The notes below the pieces were generated by a model, which searched no databases, had not been told where the DNA came from, and saw only the letters and a program-made list of their open reading frames with translations. A DNA stretch of 38,699 bases from Octopus sinensis (taxonomy: Eukaryota): assembly GCF_006345805.1 (NCBI RefSeq), contig NW_021835753.1, positions 1-38,699 of the forward strand. The letters run 5' to 3'. A program made the translations under genes and the position numbers. Positions 11,439-24,340 of this stretch are shown here, piece after piece. Each line of letters opens with the position of its first letter. Position 1 is the first letter of the stretch.

Positions 11439-11591
11439 AAGGGTTGACACATTAAATAATCTTGCATATTACTAGAAATATTATTAGAATTCTTATAACT
11501 GGAATGGTTTTTTGGCTCAGATTACCATAATAAATATTTACTGAGAAAAACAGAAACATGATCTTCCTTTTTATTTTTTTTTTTTACATAG

Positions 11592-11668
11592 AAATTACGA
11601 CAAATAAAGAAAGAACTTTGTCAAAATGAAGAACATCAACATCAACAACACCAAAGAGAGTGTAACAT
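11592..11668 (+). CDS. AKNA: AKNA-like exon 4 (KLRQIKKELCQNEEHQHQQHQRECN)
   Basis: ttttacatAG acceptor, AT|GTaagt donor; 77 nt, phase 0 to 2. Confidence 0.8.
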
Positions 11669-11835
11669 GTAAGTTATTTTTTTTAAGACAAAAATAAAAA
11701 TAATAAAAATTAGAAGATGAAACTTGTTGCAGAAAATCTTTTGGATATTATTTCAAGTTGAAAATAACATTTAGAAGTAACTAGCAACTATGCCTGGCAT
11801 TGCTTGGGATTAAAATGGCATAGCTTTTTATTATT

Positions 11836-12115
11836 TTACTTTGTTTCGGTCATGTGACTGCGGCCATGCTGGAGCACTGCCTTTAATCAAAGAAATTGAC
11901 CCCAGGATTTGTTGTTTGTAAACTTATTCTATCAGCGTGTTTTGCCAAACGGCTAAGTTACGGGTATGTAAGCACAGCAACATCGGTTGTCAAGCGATGG
12001 TGGGGGAGACAGACACAAACACACAAATATACACACAAATATACACATATATATGACAGTCTTCTTTGAGTTTCCATGTACAAAATCGACACACAAGGCT
12101 TTGGTGGGCCTGAGG
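11836..12115 (-). mobile_element. SINE family B (partial, internal CA/TA microsatellite)
   Basis: GACTGCGGCCATGCTGGAGCAC tail; matches 15010-15398. Confidence 0.75.
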
Positions 12116-12152
12116 CAGCCAGCATGGCAAGTGGACGCTAAATGACAATGAT

Positions 12153-12347
12153 ATGTGACCTCGTGTGTACCATTGGCGATTTTTTTCCTCTGTCTTCCCT
12201 TCTCTGGATCTTTCCTTTTCCTATATTTCCAACAAAGAGCTCCACTTGAAACGTTAAACCCTCCTTCTTTCCTGAGCGTCCAATAATACTATATTTGTTC
12301 CACGTCCTCGCGTTGTTGTGTTTTTTTGTGTTTTCTTGTTTGGATTA

Positions 12348-12350
<3 letters not shown>
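12153..12350 (+). mobile_element. Family D element
   Basis: Same sequence as the other two copies; followed by (TA)n. Confidence 0.75.
12225..12259 (+). ncRNA. Minimal hammerhead motif, family D copy 3 (decayed)
   Basis: AUUU-CCAACAA-A-GAGC-UCC-ACUU-GAAA-CGUU/AAAC; transitions mostly at CpG sites. Confidence 0.5.
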
Positions 12351-12382
<32 letters not shown>

Positions 12383-12504
12383 TAGAGAAGAACCAGTATT
12401 ATATTTCAAACAATGATAGACATAAAACATATCATGTAGAAAAAATACAAAATATGATAAAACATTTATCTAGATCACAGAAAGTACATAATAATAAATA
12501 AACA

Positions 12505-12547
<43 letters not shown>

Positions 12548-12809
12548 GAACAAACTTACTTAGAAATGGATGCGTGAATTCTGTCGTGTAATAGCAAATT
12601 AATAAATAAAACATATGCATATATACATACATATATGTACATACCTACATCTACATGTATATATACATGCATATATGGGTACAGGACACCAAAAAAACGT
12701 CGAACACAATGAGAAATGAAAACATAAACACAAAACCAAGGAACTGGACATTTTTCTTAAACATCGAAAAAATAGAGTACATGACAAATAACACAAGGAA
12801 GTGTGTGTA

Positions 12810-13079
12810 TATATATATGTATATATGTCTTTGTGTCTGTGTTTGCCCCCCCCCATCACCATTTGACTGGTATTGGAGTGTTTACATCCCTGTAACTTAG
12901 TGGTTTGGCAAAAAACACTAATAGAATAAGTAGGAAGGTTAAAAAAATAAGTCCTGGGGTTGATTTGTTTGACTAAAACCCTAAAAGGCGGTGCCCATGC
13001 CAAGCCACAGTCAAATGACTGAAACAAGTAAAAGAATAATGGAATAAAAGAATAAAAGAATAAAAGAATAAAAGAATAA
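12810..13079 (+). mobile_element. SINE family B 3' half with (GAATAAAA)n tail
   Basis: TAGAATAAGTA...GTCCTGGGGT...CAGTCAAATGACTGAAACAAGT. Confidence 0.75.
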
Positions 13080-13124
13080 TATATGCAAAAAGTTAATACT
13101 TGTTTATTTTTTTTATGTTTCCAG

Positions 13125-13176
13125 ACATAAAGCAGGAATGGATTCCGACATATTGGCTGAAATGGTCATAGCAAAG
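13125..13176 (+). CDS. AKNA: AKNA-like exon 5 (IHKAGMDSDILAEMVIAK)
   Basis: tttccAG acceptor, AAG|GTatgc donor; 52 nt, phase 2 to 0. Confidence 0.75.
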
Positions 13177-13796
13177 GTATGCACAGATAAAAACCAAAGG
13201 CATTTTAATGTCCTGTGACTATTATTACTTTTTTATTGTGTTTTTTTTTAATTGCTGGGTCAAGAGGAGGGTCATTGTCCTTGATGACCAGCGAGGTCCT
13301 CCAAGACCAATGGGCTCAATGCTCTCCAATGTTCCTCTTGAATCTTCGTAAGTCAACAAGTGAGAGAAGGACACAAGCAGGGTGGGAATTTCAGAGGAAT
13401 GATGCTCTGGCGGGGAAGAAGGACTGGGTGGGTTGGGGTAGGGGAAGGGACGATTTCTTTTCATTCTTTGAACTTTTCCCTTCTTCTTTTCCAAGGAAGA
13501 GCTATGCTTGAAATGTCAAACTTTCTCTTTTTACCAAGTGTCAAGCAAATTACATTTCTTCCCCTTGTTGTTTGTCAGTTTTTTTTTTATTATTCATGCA
13601 TTTCAATTTTATGTTTATTTGAATTGATTATATACATATATATATACATATATATACAGTTTGGCAAGACTTGACAAGGACATTTAATTTAGCTATATAC
13701 TAAAAGGTTTACATCGTTACTCAGAGCACATACCTATTATTTGGAGTCACCCTGCCAAAAACTCCTTGAATCTTATATATATATATATATATTATA

Positions 13797-13982
13797 GGTG
13801 TGTAAAAAGCACCCACTACACTCTCGGAGTGGTTGGCGTTAGGAAGGGCATCCAGCTGTAGAAACTCTACCAGATCAAGATTGGAGCCTGGTACAGCCAT
13901 CTGGTTTGCCAGACCTCAGGCAAATCATCCAACCCATGCTAGCATGGAAAGTGGACGTTAAACAATGATGATGATGATGATA
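13797..13982 (+). mobile_element. Family C retroposon 3' end
   Basis: Shared body and (GAT)n tail. Confidence 0.8.
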
Positions 13983-14001
13983 TATATATATATATATATA
14001 T

Positions 14002-14188
14002 ATTAAAAATGGGGAAGGGCAGTTTATGAGATTACCTTAGGTTTCCCATCAATAAAGGGTTTAGGTTTATGGTGTATCATCAGAACCCCACAAGACCTTT
14101 TGGGGTCTGATGATACACCATAAAGCTAAACCTTTTATAGACTGGAAACCTAAAGCAATCTCATAAATCAGCCTCCCCCATTTTTAAT
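14002..14188. repeat. About 187-bp imperfect palindrome (foldback or MITE-like)
   Basis: Arms ATTAAAAATGGGG...CAGAACCCC and GGGGTCTG...CCCCATTTTTAAT around a short loop. Confidence 0.8.
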
Positions 14189-14257
14189 GTATACTGCTCT
14201 ACATTTTAGAGTGTGCTTCTTCTCCTGATTTATGGTTCCTACAAACTATATATATAT

Positions 14258-15398
<1,141 letters not shown>

Positions 15399-15405
15399 TA
15401 TATAT

Positions 15406-15451
<46 letters not shown>

Positions 15452-15454
<3 letters not shown>

Positions 15455-15653
15455 TTAATGAGAGACAGAAGATGGAAGATATGAGAGTTTTTATTAATCA
15501 CTACAATTGTTGCATCTATTTATCACCCAAAGCGACATGTCTGCACCATCGGATGCTCCTGAACCAGTTGTCAAGTATCCCATCCATGAGGGATCAATGC
15601 TAGATGTGTTGAAACAATTGTAGTGATTAATAAAAATTGTTTCTCATTAACCA
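15452..15653 (+). mobile_element. PLE-like pLTR relic with an inverted partial copy
   Basis: 15452-15511 is an inverted copy (with an insertion) of 15613-15653; degenerate hammerhead between them; abuts (TA)n. Confidence 0.6.
15522..15627 (+). ncRNA. Degenerate type I hammerhead
   Basis: AUCAC-CCAAAGC-GACAUGUCUG...UAGAUGUGUU-GAAA-CAAUUG-UA/GUGAU. Stems I and II and palindromic stem III (ACAAUUGU) retained; first core decayed. Confidence 0.55.
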
Positions 15654-15727
15654 GACACATAGCAAACACTGTGAAAGGACCGTATTTTATCAGTAAGCTA
15701 CCAGGTATAAACCATTCATATTATTAT

Positions 15728-16283
15728 CTAATATCTAACACACACTCACACACACATTACTGAAAATGTGTGTGTGTATTTGTGTGTGTGTGTGTGTGTG
15801 CATCACTAAAACTCAAGAACTATCCAACCGCTTTCATTCAAATTTTACACATGCCTTACTTAGGGTCCATGCAGTGTCTCAGTTTTATATATATAGATAT
15901 GTGTATATGTATTATAGAAAGCAAAAAAAACCCCTAAAAATGATAGTGTTCAGTATGCTGCTTCAGTACGTTGGCCACAGGAATTTCTGTCAAAGAGACA
16001 TGGTTAAACAAAGTTGTACATCATTTCTTTTTCTCTCTCGCATACCCACTCTTTCTCTCTCTTTTATTATTACTCCCACTGCCACCATCAACACTACTAC
16101 TTTTAATAAAACATCATCAACTCTCCCTAAATTTCTGTCTCTCTTTTTCTTTCTCTCTCTGTCTTTACCACTGCCCTCACTGTTTCTATTATTACTCTCA
16201 CCCCAGCACAAGGAATAGTTGAAGTATCATTGAATAGTAAGAGAAGTGGGTTAAAGTGTGACACACTGGCACACAGAAATTAG
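15728..16283 (+). mobile_element. Possible old non-autonomous Helitron-like element
   Basis: TCTAAT...GTGTGT start with AACCGCTTTCATTCAAATTTTACAC, as in Lep1-type elements; 3' CTAG not intact. Confidence 0.3.
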
Positions 16284-16681
16284 TTTTCACATTTATTATA
16301 TTAGATATCTCAATAATACTAAAACTGTACGGCTGTTTGTGTGTAAGTGAAATATCTCAGAAATAGTATATTTTATCCTTTTTTTCATATTTATTTTCAT
16401 ATTTACCTTCAGCAGTGCAGTACAAATTTTTGTGATATTTGGTACTCTATTTATTAAGGAAAACAATTAAACACAATTTTTGTTTGTTATTTCTTGACAA
16501 AAAAAATATTGCTTCCATGATGGCAACACACATACATGTATACAGAATACACACATATAATGAATGTCATGTGTGTATGGTGTGTATCTGTGTGTTTGTG
16601 TGCATGTGTGTGTGTGTATATATACATAAAATATATACTATTTGTATGTATATATATTCTTTACTTTTTTTATTCTATTAT

Positions 16682-17040
16682 TTGTTTCAGTCATTTGACT
16701 GTGGCCATGCTGGAGCACCGCCTTTAGTCAAACAAAGCGACTCCAGGACTTATTCTTTGTAAGCCTAGTACATATTCTATTGGTCTCTTTGCCAAACTGC
16801 TAAGTTATGGGAGCTTAAACACACCACAATCAATTGTCAAGTCATGGTGTGAGAGACAGACACAAACAAACACATACACATGACGGGCTCATTTCAGTTT
16901 CCGTCTACCAAATCCACTCACAAGGCTTTGGTTGGAACCAAGGCTATAACAAAAGATACTTGCCCAAAGTGCCATGCAGTGGGACTGAACCTGGAACCAT
17001 GTGGTTGGTAAGCAAGCTACTTACCACACGAGCACTCCTG
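16682..17040 (-). mobile_element. SINE family B, full length
   Basis: Reverse complement of 15010-15398. Confidence 0.85.
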
Positions 17041-17613
17041 TGATTATATAAATATATATCAACATATGTGTGTGTGCATATGTGTGTGTGCATATGTGCG
17101 TGTGTGTGTGTGTGTGTGCATGTGTGTGCATGTGTGTGTGTGTGTGTGTGTGCGCGTGTGTGTGTGTGCATATGCTTGCCTCCCACAATGTTCAACAACT
17201 AGTGTTGATACAATGAAATCTTCCAAAAACATGCTCCAGCATGGTCACAGTCCAATAACTGAATCAAGATAAAAAAAAAAACGTAACCATGTTTATATCT
17301 ATACCTTTATCAAAGCATTATCTATTCTTTGAATATTTTATCAATGTATAAACATTTAATTAGCAGAAAATCACTGTTGAAGGAGAAACCCAGGAAAATT
17401 TGGTCCTCAAAAACGGTGAGTATTGTTGAAAGATAAGATAAGCAAACTTCTTTATTCGTGTTGTTGTTGCCTTTATTGTTATTGTTGTTGTAATTTTGAC
17501 CTGCGATAAAAATCATTCCAGATGTGACCATCTTATCTTTTAGGTATAGCTATAAACACACTGAACCACAAATGAAATGCGATTTTTTTCAAATGTAATT
17601 TTTATATACTGTT

Positions 17614-17885
17614 GTGTCTGGGGAGAGTCATTTTCTTTTTGTGCCTTATTATGTAACATACTCACAGGTAAATTTTCCACTTTTTTCTTATTTTTATTGT
17701 CCTAAACTTTTCGTTGCATCTTGCAACCTTTCCAATAGTTTTGACTCTCGAGAGTCAAAACTATTGGAAAGGTTGCAAGATGCAACGAAAAGTTTAGGAC
17801 AATAAAAATAAGAAAAAAGTGGAAAATTTACCTGTGAGTATGTTACATAATAAGGCACAAAAAGAAAATGACTCTCCTCAGACAC
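17614..17885. repeat. 272-bp spacerless palindrome
   Basis: Centre TC|GA at 17749/17750; only one mismatch seen (17621/17878); the same peptide appears on both strands in the ORF track. Confidence 0.95.
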
Positions 17886-18127
17886 GACAGACGAACTCAT
17901 ATAAAGAATCTTGCAAACCAAATCCAAAAACGAAATTTTTATATAGTAAATTCTGAAAATTTGTTATTGGGATGTAAGTATAAATATTCCAAGACATGCT
18001 GGTTTATGGCTGAGACCAAAATTGGAGGTTACCTAACCAAAATGCATGTGCATCTTGTAGAGGTTATGGGTATAAAAATCAACTTGAACTGTGTTCCTGG
18101 CATTCATAATTTGGACACATCAGGTAT

Positions 18128-19085
18128 AACCTGATTGTCAGCAGTGCAGAGAGAACAAGCTATTGACCAATTGCAAGCAGGGCAGTGTGCTCTGGTTGTT
18201 GCAAAAGCTTACGATGTCCATGTCAGCACCATCTATCACCTGCAACAGTGATACAACAACACCAACAGCACTGCACACTGTGCCCGCAGAGGGCGCCCTC
18301 GGATGACCATGCCCAGGCAGGATCACTTCATCCACCTGCAACACATTTCTGATCCCTTCAGACCAGTCAGTGTGACAGCTTGTGAGCCAATTGGCACTGA
18401 ACATCAACCCATCAATGATGACATGGCACAACATCGACTGGCTGCCAACAATCTGTGTTGCCGTCATCCGGCTCGAGGGCCTGTCCTCACCGCCCGCCAC
18501 CATCAGGCACAACTACAGTGGGTTACACAACACCAACATTGGCAGCCATCAACAATGAAGGTTGATAGTCTTCTCTGATGAGAGCGGGTACTGCATTTCC
18601 ACCTTAGATAGCAGAGTGAGGGTGTGATGTAGGAGGGGTGAACACATGACGCATGTGTCATGGAGAGAGACACATGGGGTGGCCAAAGCATCATGGTTTC
18701 AGGTGCTATAGGCCAAAATCAGAGATTTGGGCCCCATGTCTTCCAAAATGTTGGTGCAGGCAGAGGGAATGGCATCACAGCACAGCGCTACATTGACCAG
18801 ATCCTAAGACCTCACATCATGCTCTTCTTCACGTGTCACGATAGCCACATGTTCATGCAGGACAATGGTCTCTCCCACATGACCAGGGTCACCATGGACT
18901 TCCTGCATCTGCACAACATCAGAACCATGCCATGGCCGGCTCTCAGCCCAGATTTGAAAATCTGTGGGATAAAATCCAGGGATCGCTGAACCAGGTGGTC
19001 CCAAGGCTGACAACTCATGTGGAACTGAACGCAGCTTTCCTCAGCGTGTGGGCACAGGCACCAATGGCTTTTGTGAAGTGTATGG
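18128..19085 (+). mobile_element. Tc1-family transposase pseudogene
   Basis: Paired-like N-terminus (REQAIDQLQAG...RGRPRMT), FSDESGYC, ITAQRYIDQILRPH, FMQDNG, WPALSPDL, ENLWD; stops and frameshifts present. Confidence 0.9.
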
Positions 19086-19718
19086 CATGTCTTACCTACT
19101 GGTGTTCACTTGCAACAATTTGAGCTGAGCACCAACAGCATCAATGTCACCAGTCTTGGAAGGCCTGCAAAAGCTATGGGCAGTACCCTTTCCCTAGGCC
19201 TGACAAAAAAGGCCCCACCCCCGATCTCAATACCCCGATCTGCTTCTCCCTACAGCATTAATCCTCTATGATTCTTTCCCTCCAACACATTTCCTACCAA
19301 TTCCAGAGATCCAGTAAATGCCTCAGGTGCTATCATCTCTCTTCTGTAGTATTGTCAGACAAGAGACTTGGTCTGAATACGTCTAACAGAGAGTAGGTCC
19401 CTACTAAAGGCACCTAAGGACCAAACAGTGATTGTGTTAAAAATGGTTCTTAGATCACAACAAACTTATCTAAGATGAGGTACATAGGGGTCATGAAGGG
19501 GTGGTTATTGGTCCCACTTCTAGGATGGTGCTGTGACTAATACATACACAAACATCATAGACAACATCTAGAGAGGGGCTACTCTACTAATTAACATAAA
19601 GAGCTGCTTGACTAATTAATATAAAGTCCCTCACAGACACCAACCTCTCACTCAAAGATGTGCTATCATGTCTGAGAGCAAGAGGCTGAAGTATGTAATA
19701 GTTTTTGGATATATAATA

Positions 19719-19870
19719 GGAGGCGCAATGGCCCAGTGGTTAGGGCACCAGACTCGCAGTCAGAGGATCGCGGTTTCGATTCCCAGACAGGACGTTGTGT
19801 GTGTTTATTGAGCGAAAACACCTAAAGCTCCATGAGGCTCCGGCAGGGAGTGGGGTGACCCCTGTTGTAC
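19719..19870 (+). mobile_element. SINE family E, 5' part
   Basis: GGAGGCGCAATGGCCCAGTGGTTAG...GGTTTCGATTCC. Confidence 0.75.
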
Positions 19871-20579
19871 TAAAAAAATGGCGGTGCCCCAGCATGGCCA
19901 CAGCTCGTGAGCTGAAACTAGATAAAATAAAATTTTAAAAAAATATCAGGAAACATTTTAATGTTGAATTCTCCTGAATTTCAGAATCAAACAGAAACTT
20001 CCGTGTGAGTCGATGCCTTCCAGAAGTTCCTGAAAACAAAACTGGAACAAGAAATAAAAAGGTAAAAAAAAAAAAAAGCATCTAATCAATTTGATGTGTG
20101 TGTATGTGTGTGCCTTTGCTTATGTCAATAACTGCATGTGTGTCTTTGTCTGTATGTGTACATCTGCATATGTGCAGGTGTAAATGTGTGTGTTTGTATT
20201 TGTATGTTTGTGAGTTTAGATGTATGTGTTAGTGTGTCTTTGTCAGTTGATGTGTGTGTGTGTGCATGCACACATGTGTGTGTACGTGCGCATATGTGTG
20301 TGTGTGCGTGCATGCGCATGTGTGTGTGTATGTGTGTTATTTTTTTATGCTTGTGCATTAGTGTCTATATACCTTTGCCTGCTTCTGAGTGTGTATGTAT
20401 ATATGTTTTTATATATGTACATATATATGAATATACCTGTATATTTATCTCTTTTTCTCTTTCTATATATATGTGTGTATGTATGTATGCATGCATATGT
20501 GCATGTATGTATGTATGCATGTATGTATGTATGTATGTATGTATGTATGTATGCACATATGTATGTATGAATATATCTA

Positions 20580-21082
20580 TTGGGCCATCCCATAAATAAT
20601 GCCATCTTTTCAATTTCATGAACAAAAAGTTGGAAAGGGACAGGATAAACTACCTGCATCAACTTGCTATAAAAGCAGGTAGTAATTTACCTTGTGCTTA
20701 TTCTTAGTGAAAGTTGTGAAGAGTGCAGTTCGATTTTAACAGTTATATTTTCAAAGCCATAATGGAAGTGACAAAGGAGCATATTTGGCATATTTTGCTT
20801 TATGAGTTCAATAAAGGCAACAACGCAGTGGAAAATGCAAGGAATATTAATGCAGTATTTGGGGATTGGACAATAAGCGTAAGCCAGTGTCAATGGTGGT
20901 TCCAGAAATTCTGAGCTGGAAATTACAGCCTAGAAGATGACCTCATGCTGGAAGAGCTGGTGAGCTCGATGAGTATGTCCAACAAACCCTCAAACTAAAT
21001 CCCATCATACCTGTTGAGGAACTAGCAGAGAAACTTGGATTTGGTCGTTCAACCATTCATTGACACCTGCATATCATTGGTT
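20580..21082 (+). mobile_element. Mariner 5' relic (TIR plus N-terminal HTH)
   Basis: TA|TTGGGCCATCCCATAAATAATG terminus; HIWHILLYEFNKGNNAVENARNINAVFG...QWWFQKF*AGNYSLEDD. Confidence 0.8.
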
Positions 21083-21092
21083 TAGCCCAAAC

Positions 21093-21315
21093 CTCTCTGT
21101 GTTTAGCCTCTTGTGGGTAGTAAAGAAATAGGTATTTCATCTGCCGTTACGTTCTGGGTTCAAATTCCGCTGAGGTCAACTTTGCTCTCATCCTTTCAGG
21201 GTCGATAAATTAAGTACCAGTTATGCACTGGGGTAAATTTAATTGTCTTAATCCCTTTGTCTGTCCTTGTTTGTCTCCTCTGTGTTTAGCCCCTTGTGGG
21301 CAATAAAGAAATAAG
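21093..21315 (+). mobile_element. SINE family A, tail fused to a 5'-truncated copy
   Basis: Same AAAGAAATAG|GTATTTCATCTGCC junction as in the 5421 array. Confidence 0.8.
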
Positions 21316-21496
21316 AGGAGGTAGAGGCTTCAGTGAAGGTGTTCTTTACCCTGAAGGACAAGAACAGGTATCAGCATGGGATTAAAGAACTGGTTGCAAG
21401 GTGGCTCCAGACAGGGCAACAAGATGGTCTCTACCTTGAATGCTAGACCACTTTTTTGGTAAATTGACAAATAATGCAAGTAAGTTACCAAAGTAT

Positions 21497-21704
21497 TCCT
21501 TTCTACTAAAGGTACAAGGACTAAAATTTTGCAGGAGGGGACTAGTTGATTACATCCACCCCACTGGTACTTAATTTATTAACCCCGAAAGGATGAATGG
21601 CAAAGTCAAACTAGGCAGAATTTGAACTCAGAACATAAGGACAGATGAAATGCCACTAAGCATTTTGCCTGGCACTCTAATGATTCTGCCAACTTGATGT
21701 CTTA
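21497..21704 (-). mobile_element. SINE family A (alternative tail)
   Basis: AATTTGAACTCAGAAC and TAAGCATTTTGCCTGG on the minus strand. Confidence 0.7.
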
Positions 21705-21768
21705 TAGTTGCCAAAACTTTGCAAAACTTTTGACTCAACACAATATATATGTAATAATTTTTTTCCAG

Positions 21769-22190
21769 TGTGACGAAGTTAGCAGCACAACCAGTGTCCC
21801 AGACAGTGGAATCTCCGATGTCTGGAACTTGTCACTTCCATCAAAGCATTCCAGGCAATCCATGTCTGGCCTTCTGCCATTAACCAAATTCACTGATACG
21901 AATAAAGAACATCCAATCAGTAATCCTGAAGTTGTTTCCAAACAGACAGATGCAATGTCGTTAAACAGAACTGGTCAAGCCACACCAATGGACACAACAT
22001 CTCGGGCAAGAAGCAACCAAACTGTTCCAATGGCGGTTGAACCTGCAGCAAGAACTGACCATAGTACCACATCTACAGACAAAGGAACTTTAGTAAGAAA
22101 TGATCCCTGTACTATGTCAACAAACCAAGAATTGATGTCAAGAGTTAATCAGCAGCAACATGTTCAAAGTTCTTTGGTTTTACCAAAAAG
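21769..22190 (+). CDS. AKNA: AKNA-like exon 6 (Ser/Thr-rich)
   Basis: ttttccAG acceptor, AAG|GTaagt donor; 422 nt, phase 0 to 2, inside ORF 21694-22194. Confidence 0.85.
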
Positions 22191-22369
22191 GTAAGTTAAC
22201 AGCAGCAAAGTTTGGCAAATTGGAACTGCTTGATATTCTTGTTATTGTTCTTGCTGTTTGCTACCCAAAGCATCCAACAGGTCTACAATCAAAAGTGTTC
22301 CAGCCATGGCCTTCTCCTTGCTCATTTTCTTGTTAAAAGACTACATTATGCAATATTTTGTCCTATTTT

Positions 22370-22606
22370 ATAAGGCGGCGAGCTGGCAGAAACATTAGCA
22401 CCCCAGATGAAATGCTTAGCGGTATTTCGTCCGTCACTATGTTCTGAGTTCAAATTCCGCCGAGGTCAACTTTGCCTTTCATCCTTTCGAGGTCGATTAA
22501 ATAAGTACCAGTTATGCACTGGGGTCGATATAATCGACTTAATCCATTTGTCTGTCCTTGTTTGTCCCCTCTGTGTGTAGCCTCTTGTGGGCAGTAAAGA
22601 AATAGG
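22370..22606 (+). mobile_element. SINE family A, full length with 16-bp TSD
   Basis: TATTTTGTCCTATTTT at 22354-22369 and 22607-22622. Confidence 0.9.
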
Positions 22607-22930
22607 TATTTTGTCCTATTTTTTAAAATGGTAAGACATAGTTTGAGAGAAATTTGGCAGCTATTTCTAGAAGCACCATCAGTTTAGATACAAATTCCTG
22701 ATTCCTAACTGAATGTTCTCTAACTGTGTCTGCTTCTTTGTTGATTGGCTTTTGCAGTTATTGCTGTTTAACGCCAAGTCATCCCTGCCCCAGCAGACTT
22801 ATGATCAAGGGTATTACATCCTGACTTTTTTCTATGTTTACACCAGTTGGAAAAGTCAGTATATAGAAAAACACTGACAAAGACTCGAAACTTCTCCACC
22901 CATATATACATACAACTATATATTATATAC

Positions 22931-23013
<83 letters not shown>

Positions 23014-23273
23014 CATACATTTACATATATTTATAAAAAGTGCAGGCGGCATATGAGTGGGTATATATTTATAAAAAAGAAGTTTGAAAACGCCCACTAT
23101 AGAAGATAAATTTTAATTTTCTGAGAGATTTTACATGTTTCGGTTCTTCTTGAAAAAACGAAACTTATTAAAAATATATATTTTTAAAAGCTAACTGTAA
23201 TAAAAGAAAAATTCATAATTGTTTCTTACTAATTTCAACAGAGTCCATGTGGTGGTGTTTTGTGTGTGGGAAC

Positions 23274-23684
23274 ATAATGGCTGTCTTGTGCGTTGACTAG
23301 AACCGTTGGCTGTAATAGTGAAAGTGACCGTTAGGTGTAATAGCAGTAGTAGTAGAGACCATTGGTCGTAGTAGTATACACACACACACACACACATATA
23401 TACATATATATACATACATACGTACATATACATGTATATGTATATATATATATATATGTACATATACATGTATATGTATGTATGTATGTATATGTATATA
23501 TATATTATATGTATATATATATATATTTATGTACGAATGTATGTATATATATGTATATATATGTGTGTGTGTGTGTGGTGTGTGTATACTACTACGACCA
23601 ATGGTCTCTACTACTACTGCTATTACACCTAACGGTCACTTTCACTATTACAGCCAACGGTTCTAGTCAACGCACAAGACAGCC

Positions 23685-23689
<5 letters not shown>
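23274..23689. repeat. 112-bp inverted duplication around a CA/TA/GT microsatellite
   Basis: Arms 23274-23385 and 23578-23689. Confidence 0.9.
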
Positions 23690-23747
<58 letters not shown>

Positions 23748-23829
23748 CATATGATCAACCAGACTATCAGATATTGTTACACCTCGCTGGTCACAATGTG
23801 CTTTACATTGTTTTAGCCATCAAATGACA

Positions 23830-24038
23830 CCAGCCCACTGGCTGGGTGAGCAGGCTAATATTACGCTGATCAGAAGACTAATCCATTGCAGGATTTATCC
23901 ATTTACAGCTGAGTGAACTGAAACAATGTGAAATGAAGTGTTTTGCTCAAGAACACAATATACCGCTTGATCAAGGAATTGAAATCATGATCTCACAATC
24001 ATGAGTGCAACACACCTAACCACCAGGCCACATACCTT
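23830..24038 (-). mobile_element. SINE family F (diverged)
   Basis: TTTACAGCTGAGTGAACTG...AAGTGTTTTGCTCAAGAACAC is the reverse complement of the 38002-38333 core. Confidence 0.65.
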
Positions 24039-24265
24039 CACATACACACACACAGACACAGGCACACACCTCATATTCATACTTATATATATACAAAATT
24101 TAGAGGTCTGACCACTAAAAAAAATAGACAGCCTGTATGCTAAATATAGACGTTAAAATTGCCATTTTCCACGAAAAATGTGTTCTTAAGAAAAAATTCA
24201 GGAAAAAACCAAAGTGTAAAAATAAGCAAGACAAATGAAAATATATGAAATAAAAAAACAATTAC

Positions 24266-24340
24266 CTATGTACTAATTAGTTTCACTTGTTAATATTTAC
24301 GTATATGGATACACAAACATCTGCAAGATCATCAGCATAG
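24266..24340 (-). ncRNA. Type I hammerhead ribozyme, canonical core (PLE type)
   Basis: Minus strand reads CUAUG-CUGAUGA-U-CUUG...CAAG-U-GAAA-CUAAUUAG-UA/CAUAG. Stem I 5 bp perfect, stem II 4 bp, palindromic stem III ACUAAUUAGU, GUA triplet. Confidence 0.85.

Noticed and set aside
14100-14150. CTGATGA...GGAAAC inside the 14002-14188 palindrome
   Set aside because: No stem II closing next to the core and no NUH or stem I arrangement; not a hammerhead.
17614-17927. Identical peptide ORFs on both strands
   Set aside because: Direct consequence of the DNA palindrome.
19130-19700. Possible LINE fragment (also 3200-3450 and 26165-26580)
   Set aside because: Looks like decayed transposon sequence, but no diagnostic motif could be read with confidence.
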